Part shown: piece by piece, positions 24,900 to 36,994 of the stretch
Numbering within the stretch: position 1 is the first letter of the stretch
Layout of the letters: every line of letters begins with the position of its first letter
DNA from: Dicyema japonicum
Taxonomy: Eukaryota > Animalia > Dicyemida
Direction: 5' to 3'
Length of the DNA: 64,000 nt
NCBI GenBank assembly: GCA_011109175.1
Contig: RDEW01000010.1
Location: 62,001 to 126,000 of the forward strand
Notes under the pieces: generated by a model
Databases searched by the model: none
What the model was told of the DNA's origin: nothing
What the model saw: the letters and a program-made list of their open reading frames with translations, nothing else
Made by a program: the position numbers and the translations under genes

Positions 24900-26000
24900 T
24901 ATTAGCACTTATCGCTATGTCATAGGACTTGACAAAGCATGTGCAACACGAGTTAGCAAATCACTGGTTAGTTTCATCCACTTCCTCCTATTCAAAGCTG
25001 CAGTGCGCAACTAGTCAAGATCCTCTCCACTTTCAAGATGCCGTCCCATTTCTTTGAGGTCCACGTCGAGAAAGACTGCCAGTGTCGTCCTTGGGAGACC
25101 ACGGAAACGGGGGGCCTCCAACATGAAGTAATCCTCCATGGCTACGTTCGCGGGGGCATCTAGGTCCAGTCGCAAAATATGGCTGAAAAGCCTCCATCGT
25201 GTATCCAGAATCTCATTAGAAATTTCTGAGGTCTTCGTCCTCTTATAAAGAAGATTAGATGACATCCTCGTATCACTTCTTTCGAACATCACATGTCGTA
25301 GTTGAAACGCATTAAGCCTCTTCAGTTCATTTCTTGAGCAGACCCAGGTACCCGCGTTATACAGTAGTATGGGTTTCACTAGCGAGTTGTTGTATTTTGT
25401 TATAATGTCAAGGCCCTTTTTATGGAGCCAGGTGTTCTTTAATCTGGAGAGGGCAGTTTGTGCTAGGGTTTTCCTTCTTGTAATTTCTTCATGGTTTCCT
25501 AGGAGAGAGCCAAGCTTTTTGCACTTGCGCCAGTACTCCTCCGTCCTTGTTTCTTCCCTCTTGAGTTCAGTTACCTCAGTCTTGTCCGGATTTACTGTTA
25601 GGAACCATTCGGCTAGTCTTCCAGGCACTTCTTCCATCAAGCGGGTGAGCGGTATTTTGTCGTTTTAAATAAAGTCTATGTTGTCAGCATACGCAATAAT
25701 GTTTGTCTTTTCACCCATTATCGGTTTTGACTCCCGTAAAGCAGCTTCAAGGTATATGACAAAAAGTATAGGTGATAATGGATCTCCCTGTGGAGTGCCA
25801 ACAGTCGTATCAAATCGGCGAGACAAGGCTCCCCCGACTCTTACAGTGAGCCAAGTATCAGCTGTGCTTCATCTAAATATGCACTCTCAGCGTCGTCTTT
25901 ACACATAATCAGCATCTTACACGAGAAGACTCTACGAATTTTACGCAGTCGAACAGATCCTATCCTTGTCACTCCAATGTCGGAGTCGTCAATAAAAACA
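24900..26000 (-). mobile_element. RTE-like LINE 3' part (RT, thumb, C-terminus)
   Basis: GTPQGDPLSPILF, IAYADNIDF, and ORF 25011-25640 WFLTVNPDKTE...WRLFSHILRLD...RFRGLPRTTL. Confidence 0.9.
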
Positions 26001-27039
26001 AATTTCCGCGGATTCCTTCGTTCATCCCTGGTTAGCAGTTCCGACTTTGATTAGGGATGATGCTCATCAGTCAACCCTGGTCTCTGATAAAATTTTGTTG
26101 ATTTCATTCTTCTTCACTACGATTTGCCACCATGGTAATTTATTTGGTCGAGTTCATAGCTTGAAGTAACAGAAGTGACATTGGCTTGCTCTATTTTTTT
26201 AAAACATGCCTGTGTCTACTTAGCCTTCAATTTTTAGTCTTGAAACATGCATTAGGTCCGCGTATTTATGGCAAAATTGATGGTTAGTTTCATAATAAGT
26301 TGTACACTTTTGGCAATGCTGTTATTGCAAACTAAACAATGTATATTTGAATTAACCACAAAGTACTGTGGTTCACATTCTTATTGAAATACCCGCCTTT
26401 CTTCTTTTTTCCTTTCTTTTTAGCTTAAGATGCCATTCTAAATGGAGTCAGTTTGAGCAATGCTTTATAAAGACAATATAACTGATTCCACCAAATATAA
26501 TTTATTAAAATTTTTCAAAACTATCGCCATAAATCATCATGTTATGGACATAAATGTCCTGTACTCCGCAAAACACGTGGAAGCACCCACCTTGTTGTTC
26601 TGGGAACGTTCCTATATAAGGGTGACCGTATAGTTTAATCGTATGAACTTCTGACCACGTAAAAAGCTCATAACAGCAACCTGTCAATTTGAGGCATGAC
26701 AGAAATACACTGTTTTTCTCTGGTGGTCTCATTTTAAAACAGGAGGATAAGTGTCCAATATCATCGACTATAAAACAATTCTTTGTGTAGCATGTGTTTG
26801 ACATTCTAGGTAGTCGACTTCGAATCCGGTATAAAGACGTATTTAGTTCAATCTGTGTGTCATAAACTTAAATTCCTGTTCTGAAAGTAGATCTTTTCTG
26901 GGATTTCCTTTAAAACAGCGTATGGAGTCTCCTAATGATACTCGTTATTCAATATTAAGGGAATTGCTTAATAAATTTCGACCTAATAGCATAAAATCCA
27001 CCCAGGTTTGGTCTGCGAGGACTCCTTAACAATTAAGAC

Positions 27040-27480
27040 TATTCTTATTAAGCAATAAACAAAGTCACTTACTTCCATGTCATCGCTTCATTGCTGTCAA
27101 TAAAAATCTGTACCACAGCTTCTTTCACCTCGCTTGTCAGGAGTTTCTTTTCAATGCTGATCAAAGATAAACTTGATAGGCGCTGACATCAAAGACCTCA
27201 TGTTTTTATTGGTTTTAACTTTGAAAGAGAACGTTCACAAGTAGCAATTGAGTAGTTAACTGTGATAAAAATATGCGCAATGTTGGAAAAACATACCAGC
27301 CTAGCTAAACTAATAAAGCAAGAAAATCATTCGCAGTTCTGTTTCCACTTCATAAAAGACAGTAAACAATTTCCTCGTAGAGAGAAGATGAGTTCAAAAT
27401 GGTTAGCAAAATTCTGACAGTGTCATTTCAAAGTTTTAAAATGTTTCTTGTTTTCAACATCAATTGAATCCATCTTTACT
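27040..27480 (-). mobile_element. hAT transposase C-terminal dimerisation-domain remnant
   Basis: IFITVNYSIATCERSLSKLKPIKT*...QRLSSLSLISIEK matches the hAT dimerisation motif. Confidence 0.7.
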
Positions 27481-28089
27481 AAGAATGAAACCTTGTCAAC
27501 GAGCCTACGAACGCTGCATGAGCCTTCTTGGAAAATATAAAATGTTAAAACTCCCTGAAGATGAATCATCAACAAACCTCTTCTGATTTGGAAAATATAA
27601 AATGTTTAAATCAGAGAATAACAAAACTCATCAAAAAATAAAGATAGGGCGTGGAACCTCCTATTATCATCATCAAAAAAGAATCCTTTTTAAAAAAAAA
27701 AACTGAACAAGCTAACAACCTAATGAAATATAACGCATCCATAAGTCACAAGGATTTCTAGAAAACTCATTCTTGTTACCTTCGGAATTTAATACCTAAA
27801 CCAATTTCGTGGATCGATTTATTTACGCATGCCGAGGTCACACAGATCTTATACTTGTGGTCCTGACGGTATTTTGGGAATTTTGCTAAAACATCTTGGT
27901 AATATTGCAATCAATTCGATTACGTCAATTTTTAATTTGTCTTCTAACAAGAACGTCATCTATGCAAATGGAAGAACTCACTTATAATACCCCTCTTAAA
28001 ACCGAAAACCTTGCCTTCTTCCTACCGTCCAATTTTATTAACGTGCGCATTATCGCGCCTAATGGAGAAACTCGTACTCTAGAAAATTA

Positions 28090-28615
28090 AACCCCATTTG
28101 CCCGACTTCCACTTTCAATATGGTTTCAAATGTGAGCGTTCAACTACGACACATTTGACTTCACTGTCTCAATTTATATCAGAAGGGTTCAACGAACAGA
28201 TCTACGGACAATGTTGGTCTCCCTGGACATCCAGAAGGCGTTTGATTCTGTCCTGAGAACATTACTCACGAAAAAGGTTTTTGACACCACCATTCAGCCG
28301 GCTTTGAAAAGATGGATAGCCAATTTTCTTTCCGGAAGAAGAGGACGTGTCTGTATAGGCCATGGAAGATCGAGGTCCCATCTTCTACCAAATGGAGTCC
28401 CTCAAGGATCGCCCCTCTCTCCGGCGCTATTCAATTTATTCCTAAACGATTTACCCTGCCCTGGAAGACCAGATTCAATGCTTCTTACATATGCTGACGA
28501 CTTAATTATCGCTAGTAGGAGCAAATACGTAGAAATGTTAAAATCAGAGCTTCTGTCACATATTGACGACCTGGGAGCCTGGTTGAATTTGAATCGTCTC
28601 TCCATAAATTATTAT
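28090..28615 (+). mobile_element. I/Jockey-group RT fragment
   Basis: LVSLDIQKAFDSV, NGVPQGSPLSPALFNLFLNDLP, LTYADDLII. Confidence 0.9.
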
Positions 28616-28689
28616 TAAAAAATTATTAAAAAGCATTCACGAGAAAACATAAAATTAGTTAAGTTTCCCTTTTGCCGTATTCCGAACCA

Positions 28690-29090
28690 TCCTCTTAGCT
28701 TCGACCATGATCTTCTTTTGCGCACTAGTTCTCTTAGGTAGTTCAGGTCGTCCGCCATTTCCACTATAATATCAGATGCTGTCCACACCCTTGTAACGTA
28801 GTGAATCAGGTCCTGATGGACTGCAAATCCGAAATCATTATGTCGGCAGGCTGACGGGAGGAAAAGGTGGGATTTTCCAAACAGTTCTGTACATTCTACA
28901 GTCGTTTTTGTCTCTTGTAAACAGCAGACAGAGTCGTCATATTTGGTTAGATCGCATACCATTTGGTGTTTTTTGTAAGGTTGATCAAGTCCTCTGCAAT
29001 TGAAAGATACCAGAGTGAACGGAGAAGTTGGTAAGGAATACGAATAAGACATAGTGCAATAGAGGTGTCGTCACCATCTCAACCAATAAT
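28690..29090 (-). mobile_element. Internally deleted, probably non-autonomous RTE-like mini-element, copy 1
   Basis: The APE N-terminus (SFNCRGL...CLQETK) is fused in frame to the family C-terminal motif DDLNYLRELVRKRRSWSKL. The junction is the same as in the copy at 49445-49860. Confidence 0.75.
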
Positions 29091-30849
29091 CGATTGCCTG
29101 AATGAAATCAATCTTAGGATCTTGTAAACGTTTTGTCACGTCTGACTAATGAAAGAATAAAGAACCAAAAATTTAAGAGAAAACAAATGTAAAATTCTGC
29201 AATGAACGGAGAAGTAAATAGGCATCAGATTTCACTTGTAAATTTGGAATCTTCAAAATGCTCAAGATACGCCATATACGGGATATCCCACTCCCTCCAG
29301 AATTCTTTTCCACTGTTCGATCATTAAACATTTTTTATATTAACAGAGCATAACTCGTCGCATTTCAAATTATTTCTCAAGATCCTTAAATTACTTGTTT
29401 TTCAATGAATTCCCATATGTTTGTTGATTCGATAGAAGATGCGACAACCGAGATTTTAAGTAGCAATGATTTACTCAGTCACCAATTTTGGCAAGAAGAA
29501 ATTGGAGCTCTAAGGACCGTACCCATTAATGAAAGGGACCCTTATTTGTCCAATTATACCCTATCACCTATCGTAAATATCCATTACCTTTTTTTTCTTG
29601 GTTGGAAAGATACAGATTACTCTTACTGATAAGTTATCAGTGATATCTCGTAGATGATGTTTGAGACAAGACTCAATCGAAGAGTCATTGAGGAATTGAT
29701 GAACCACTACCGATCAAAGAATCAGAGATTTTGCCCCAATGTTGATAAAGGTATTCGAAGATACTGGAAATTAAGCAAAATAATGGCAGTTCTACTGTTT
29801 TTCGATTTAAAAATCAAAGCGAAGTCTTTTTAAACACTTACATTGAGCCGATTTCATTTAAATTCTCGAAAATTTTTTATTTGTTTTCCCTGTAGAGAAC
29901 AGGCAAATTATTTTACCAAAGAGTGAACGGTTTCTTGGAAAAACGTAATTTATTTAAATAAGTTTTGCTTTAACACCACGAATGGATTTTTCACTGGATG
30001 GTCGTTTTTCAGGTGGTGATAATGAAAATTCAGATAACTCATCCTCTAAGTAAGCATCAAATATGAAATTTAAGCAAAAATAGAATTACTGAGATGGTCC
30101 TTGAACGACTCAGTTCAAATTCTCCCGACAGAAAGTCATTCTTATTTTATGACGATTAACAGTCGTGAATATTTTAAATAAAATTATTTTTCTTAATTTG
30201 AGATCATAATTTCATGCTGCGCTTGAACAGATTCTCTAAGTTATATCACTCAACATTTAGTTGCGATTGGAAGGGGTTCATTTTGTAGGAGTTAGTGTTT
30301 TGGAACGAAACCGTTACATGATACTCTCCCCATTTATATATTGTTGTACTACCAAAACTGATTCTTCACAGACATCTTTCAGATTATTAGATTTATTTAC
30401 TAAACAGAATGGAAAAACCAAGAGGAAGGGAAGTAACTATGCTGTATCAATCGGGGAGGACCAGTGGGTTTACAGCCTGAGCAGCTGGTATTCTGACTGA
30501 TTAAGTTAATTTTCATGAAAGGACATATATTTAGCTCACATATTTAAATTCAGGCACAATAATTGCGCAAGTAGTTGATGCATGTGGTGGAAGGGGACTC
30601 TGACCCCTTGACAATTGTACTGAATTAAAGTACATTAAACTAAATGTAAATAAGAATATGTGAATAAATTCTATTCATTGTTTTAATTTCAAACTTCAAG
30701 TGTATACAGAGTAGATTAGTGGTAGGGTCTCATGACAATAATAATGGTCCTTGGGGGTATTTCCCCCACTGGTTACAAAGGTTTCTCTTTCCTTTTCTTT
30801 TTCTATTTCCTTGTTTTACTACAGTTGTGTCATGTGATCCCCCATATTC

Positions 30850-31910
30850 TGGATAGGAAACTATCAGAGTTTGGTAGAACAACTGCCAAGCTGCACGAAC
30901 ATGATGCTCACAATGCCCTTTTCAACCAAGAATTTCTATTCCTTTAATGTTTTTGAGACGCTCCTTATACCTCTTCAACAAACTCATTATCATTGAGGAT
31001 ATCCCAAATACCAAGTTAGATTATTAAAATCTTTCTTACCCGACAGATTTGGGAGATTAGCTTAACCTTTGTTGTGGACATTTCCTTGCCATCCTACCTG
31101 TCTTCAATATCATGCAACACGCATCTCATCCAGTCTATTCTTCCAGATAACTGAAAATAGGCTTAGGATGAGAAAATTCCTGCAGAGTTGAGGAGTTGGT
31201 CGACGGCCTATTAGAAAATCCCCTCTTATTCACACAAGTTGAGGAACTGATGAACATTAATTACAGGATCACTAAATCTGACTTTTTGGAAACAAACGAC
31301 TCACACCGTCTGGCATGTATTCTGTCACCTACTATTCTTCTACAGAGGCCCCAAGATGAATGCATTCCCTTCTCCGTCAATTGGATCCTATTTGGATCAG
31401 GAAACTCTTCGAATCCGTCTTTCAGTCCGTCTATGAGTCGACCTGTGTCAGCCTTATCCCTTTCGTTGTTGACCGCAAAGGACTTCACCACTTTTCTTGT
31501 CTGGGCAGAAGTGGCCAGTTCCCGAGACATTACGCAATTAACAAGATGGTGAAGCGCTTTCTTAAGGCCACTGGATTTCCGTCAGCTATGGAACCTTCTG
31601 TGGAGATGGAAAGCGTCCAGACTGCATTACGGCTTCCTTTTCCACTGCTTCTGGATGGACTTGTGTTACACTTGGAAGACTCTTTGCTTCTATAACCGTG
31701 AGAACTGTATTCAATTAATTAGTAGTATGTTCTTGAAGACTATGTCTGGAAAAGACGGAATTCAAGGCTAGAATTCTATCTCGCGCAACTGGCCATGAAG
31801 ACTACTTTGTTATAGACGGTCTTCGTTTTTGGCGATCGACCGAGGACAAGCCTACTGACTGTCCTTGATGAAGACCATAAAGAAATCAGGGGCGGAGAGG
31901 ACTATGACAA
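30850..31910 (+). mobile_element. Degenerate CRE-like retrotransposon 3' half
   Basis: LP.RFGRL, MNAFPSPSIGSYLDQETLRIRLSVRL, LHHFSCLGRSGQFPRHYAINKMVKRFL; homologous to 57900-58700. Confidence 0.75.
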
Positions 31911-32179
31911 GTTAAAGCATGGCTAAGAGTCCCAAAAATGAAAGAAGGTAACTGATTTGATTTTCCATGTGGTACATGCTTTGTCACGACCTACGACATG
32001 GGGTAACTATCAATAATAATACAGGTTCTTTTAAGTCAAGACTATCCCCTCTCAGAGCTGAAATAAAATTTATTTTTAATTAGCCAACGTGCGTATTAAT
32101 GTTTAAAATAGAATTTAATGTCATCATTAGTATATCACGTACACATTGGGAATATAAAGCTGTTCTGCCTTTGAGAACA

Positions 32180-33857
32180 TAATGAATTTTGTCCACGTGC
32201 TGTTTCTGTTGCAAAATAATATTGGAATGTTTGCCTGTGAAACTTATCAAAAATCCAGATATATTTGATCAATCTCAATATTTACTTACTCATTCCTTAG
32301 ATGGGGTACTCTACAAGAATCATTGGCCCTCAAACACAATACTGAAATGTCTCCCATCATTTACGTCTAAATGGTAGCTGTTCTACTGTCATTTCACAGT
32401 AAAAGAATCTGGACCAACGAGTTGACCGCCAAGTACTTATTCGAGAATTTATCAGTCGAACTGAACTTGTCCACAGTAAACAGGACAGTCACTCTTCCAC
32501 GTTGTTATATCATGAGTGACAGTAACACGTGCTTTGTGAGTCCCGCAGTCCCAATTTATAGGCCAGGTTTATGACGACTTTAAAGCTTTAGAAATTAAAA
32601 TCATATTTTCAAATAACAGTGAAATAGAGGCATGTGAGGATGAACCCTTAGTTTTGAAGATTTTGGAAATCCCAGACTACGCTCTACCGTTTACATCAGC
32701 CTTTAGAATGAAAATTCGACCACTGCAACATCCCAGGAACCCACTTGATTACTGGTTATCTCTCTAGGTATTTAAGACACCATGTACATTTCCAATGTGG
32801 GAAAGAATAGGAAAATCTGTTGCTCAATTTTTGACAAAAAATTAGTCCTCAAAATAAAATTTGTTGCAAACTGTGAGGGAAGTGGAGGTAAAATAATCTA
32901 TCCCCCGAATAACCACGTGTTCTACTTATATAAACACAACTACTTTGACAGCGAAATGACGGCAAAAAAGATGGGGCACATTTGTCTCTTGCAGATGAGA
33001 CTCATCAAGTGATACAAAATTTTCAATTTTTACAGAAATATCGTTTATAGAAACGAGGAGGGGGAGAAGATTCCAGAGGCGTCCCTATTCAAGAGATCAG
33101 CGGGAGCTCACAAATTGTCGTGCCAAGTCAATAACTTGGAGGGAACGAGAATCAATTTTACAGTTCTCATTCCCGGTCGCCTCGCTCGTATAAAATTAGA
33201 ACCACCGGAAATTCTGTCGAAATTGAAAGACTGCCAAAATATCAAAAACACGTGCAATTTCACCATCAATCTTTATCCTGGCAAATTCGGAAGTCCGGTC
33301 ATTGTCACGTGGTACCTTAATGGGGACGAGTTGATTGGTCTTCTTAGTAATTCCTGAATTCTAGAAAACGAAGACTTCCAAGTCATCGACAACTTCAATG
33401 TATCTCTGAATCTGAGGACCTGTAAATTCGGAAATATTTAGGCCATTATTAGCAACAACTTGGGAACACAGATGACATACGCCTACGCTAATTATACTGG
33501 TAGATGTAATCTGAATATGTAGAACCCCCTTATTTCGAAGTGGATCTCCCCCACTACGTCCATTTATCATTAACTGTCCCTACTCTTTCTTATACAGCAA
33601 AAGTCAAGTTTTCAGGAGTGGAAGAACCATCGATGTGGTGGACCAAAAACGGAATTATGTTGTATGATAACGCCTCAGAGAATGTCATCCACTCTGTTAA
33701 TCATATAACATGTGTCAAAAATCAATTAAAATCAGAATTTCGCCTTCAGACAATTTTAGCGGTTCTAGTCTTCTTTGACTGTCCTCCAAATATTATTACT
33801 TTGTACGCTCGCATAAATCTAAGATTGGGGAGTTATTTAGTATTTCGATATAATTGA
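32180..33857 (+). pseudogene. Disrupted multi-Ig-like-domain secreted or surface protein
   Basis: Fragments LSCQVNNLEG, VIVTWYLNGDEL and SMWWTKNG, many N-x-S/T sequons and a hydrophobic N-terminus. Several in-frame stops are not explained by micro-introns. Confidence 0.4.
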
Positions 33858-33867
33858 GGCCATTTTT

Positions 33868-34008
33868 ATCCACTCAGTCTCACAGTCTTACTTTACGATG
33901 CGGTTAAATGTCATCACAAAATAATTAAATAGACTTTTATTAATTTATATTTTTCGTTAAAATTATCTTCAAACGTTTTATTTGGAATATTGTCGTAAGG
34001 ACCTGATT
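33868..34008 (+). repeat. ~140-bp direct repeat, copy 1 (left of LINE)
   Basis: Near-identical to 36209-36348. Confidence 0.95.
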
Positions 34009-36180
34009 CAGAGGAAACCAATTGTTATCGAATCTGGATGACCTGATAATATTAAACAACCCTACATTCAATACAAGGACTCCCTATAGAGCGATTGACA
34101 GGACATCGTCCCCCGATCTCACTCTTGCCTCACCAAACATCGCAACATTAACAAAATGGACAGTGCTATACGAGACCAGCAGTGACCACAATCCGGTTAT
34201 GATTACGTTTGAAGGAAATTGTAAAGAAACCTGTTTTATTTACCGACTACAAAAATGTCGACTGGAAAAATTTCTCAAATTTTGTCGACTATTATCTACT
34301 TGACTTTCATTTATCCAATTTCAACACTATTTTAATAGAGTGGTACGAGAGGGAATGATAATTTGTATTAAAAGAAGGCCACTGACCTCAAGAAAGAATT
34401 CTTACCCCAGAGCCGATCCACTCATGAAGGAAAGAAATTACCTAAAAAGCCACCAAAAACAATCCTGGGAAAAAGATTGAGAATTCGTACATTAGAAAGA
34501 GAGATCAGGAACAATGCAAAAAAGAAACAAGAGAAAGTTTGGAAAATCCTCATGTCCAATTTAAACAAGCAAAACTCCCTTACAAAAATGTGTGAAAACA
34601 CTTAGAAACTTTAGTAACGCTGACAACACGGCCACACGTGATGAAATGGAAAACAAGATCTTCCTAAACAAACTTATGAAGTACTACTCCTCCACGAGTT
34701 TCATCCCACACAAGAAATTCGAAGGTCCATCAATCCTAGCCCTCAAACCTAAAAGAACCACCTCTCAGATTGTTCTCTCTGTGGAGAACGTGCAGAATAT
34801 GGTCAAAGGTCAAAAGTCGACTTATTCCGTGGTCCGGACGGAATTCCTGCAATAGTTCTGAAAAACATAGGCCCCTATGCTATCATGGCCCTCACAAAAA
34901 TTTTCAATCAACGAAAATTGTATTCCTTCCATATGGAAGCTATCAAATATACGACCAATCCTGAAACCCGGGCGACCAAAGGGATCACCAGTCTCATACA
35001 GACCAATATCTCTCCTATGTGTTACATCAAAACTTTTGGAAAAGCTGATTTTTGAACTAATCAAACCATACCTTCCTGATGCACCTTTTCAACACGGATT
35101 CAGAAAAAAACACTCCACAGAAACGCATCTTACATGCCTTAAAATTTCATTAAGGATGGACTAAAGCGCAAACCTCATCAGAAGTCTTTGTTATGCTCCA
35201 TCGATATAAAAAGGCTTTTGATACTGTCCCAAGAAAGCTTTTGACAAGGAAGATCTTTACGTCAAAAATTCCAAACAACCTGAAAATCTGGATCGCTAAT
35301 TTCCTAAATGGAAGAAGAGTAACTGCTGGAAAAACTAGATCAGTGACCAAGTTCCTTCCAAATGGAGTCCCTCAAGGATCTCCACTTTTACCACACCTAT
35401 TCGACCTATTCTTGAATGATATGCCCTCCCATACCATTGACGATATTCTGGTTATGACATATGCGGATGATATAATCGTCGCAGTCAAAGACCAGTGCGT
35501 TAATACTGCTGTTTACCGGATACAAGCTTTATTGGACGATCTGAACTGTTGGCTTGTTAAGAACATTTTACATACAAGTCCCGAAAAGTCTTGTACAACA
35601 ATTTTCACAACAAACAGAAGATTGACAAACTCCGCTCTATGTGTAACCATAAATGGAAACTCAATCCCCACGACCAACTCGGTCAAGATACTGGGCGTAA
35701 CTAACGACCCACTCTTGACCTTCAGCAAACACATCGACAACATCATCTCTTCGGCATAACAAAAGCTAAATTTTGTTGAAACACTCCTTGGACAATATAA
35801 TGGGTGTTTCAACTCAAATTTGGACTCGCTCGACGTGCAGTATATTCAACCGTCTCTAACTTACGGGTGTGCTGCATGGGGAACCAACCTATCAAACAGG
35901 AATATAGAAAAAATCAATACCTTCCAAAAAATGGCCAGTAAGGCTTTGCAAAGGTTTTCTTGGAAACCTCTAAACCCTACACCCTTTGAGGAATTAGTGA
36001 GGAAAACCGGAGCCTTACTACCCTCCAAAAAAGTTAGAAACCCCCGCCCCAATCCGGAAATGCGTTGGAACCCAAGAAGAACATCGAGCAAGAATGAGAT
36101 GACTACTCGAGGCGGCCGGAATCACCTGAAGGCTATGTGGTTAATTAATTTGTCGGTGATTTTTGGTTTTTAATAATAAT
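34009..36180 (+). mobile_element. 5'-truncated I/Jockey-group LINE with (TAA)n-like tail
   Basis: APE C-terminus (SSPDLTLAS...SSDHNPV), RT (YRPISLLCVTSKLLEK, HGFRKKHST, NGVPQGSPL, TYADDII), and a 3'UTR ending TTTTAATAATAAT. Confidence 0.92.
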
Positions 36181-36208
36181 TGCCTTTTTTTGGTATATTG
36201 TCGTAAGG

Positions 36209-36348
36209 ATCCACCTAGTCTCACAGTCTTACTTTACGATGCGGTTAAATGTCATCACAAAATAATTAAATAGACTTTTATTAATTTATATTTTTCGTTA
36301 AAACTATCTTCAACGTTTTATTTGGAATATTGTCGTAAGGACCTGATT
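36209..36348 (+). repeat. ~140-bp direct repeat, copy 2 (right of LINE)
   Basis: Near-identical to 33868-34008. Confidence 0.95.
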
Positions 36349-36359
36349 GCCTTCTTTGG

Positions 36360-36720
36360 TACCCTTACCTTTTCGCTAATAGACTACGTATAAGATTCAG
36401 GAATTTTTAACAGGTTACTTGTGGTTTCTGATTCAAGACAATTTCTTACCGTGATAATAGTCTCAATATCGAGATATTGGTAGGGCTGTGATTGTTATTC
36501 GAATCGTAAGGCCTGAACCAACAGGATAGTAGGACGATGTAGGGAAGGTAAGTGTTTTGTCGGAGGTCTATGTGATCATCGGTCTGTAAGAGTTTTTTAT
36601 TCATTAATGTGGAGTTTAAAATTACTAGGTCATCCAGTGAGTCAGTAAGAATTTTTTCTCATATCTGTCAATGGATTTTTGTGCTTCACGTTCGCATATC
36701 AAGTAATAGTAAATTTTGGA
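36360..36720 (-). mobile_element. Inverted I/Jockey-group APE fragment
   Basis: LTDSLDDLVILNS...NNNHSP resembles LSNLDDLIILNN...SSDHNP at 34022-34303. Confidence 0.5.
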
Positions 36721-36994
36721 AATCTACGACAGAACGTAAATTGAATAGGCCAAAAACTGGAAGAGGAATGTTTACATTGTGACGATTTTGATGTTCATCC
36801 AAAGAAGATTCTGATGTACTTTATAAGCTGGAGAGTGTTGTTATATCTAACGTCCAAACTGATCTAATTATAAGGACAATAACCAGGAAATTTAGAGAGG
36901 AGAAATCAGTAAGCAAATGTCAATTTTGTGTTTGAGTATGAATTAAATTATTCATGGTTACAAGGAAAGTTCATTGGTAAGCTAATACATATAT

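Noticed and set aside
26500-26830. Possible Helitron or other transposase remnant
   Set aside because: The resemblance to helicase motifs is vague and needs several indels.
26815-26840. TTCGAATCC as a tRNA T-loop
   Set aside because: There is no A-box, acceptor stem or cloverleaf around it.
27525-27610. Short direct repeat TTGGAAAATATAAAATGTT at 60-bp spacing
   Set aside because: Only two copies in low-complexity DNA, with no supportable function.
29100-30250. Possible hAT remnant and short host-like ORF (29405-29629)
   Set aside because: No diagnostic motif could be confirmed, and there are multiple stops.
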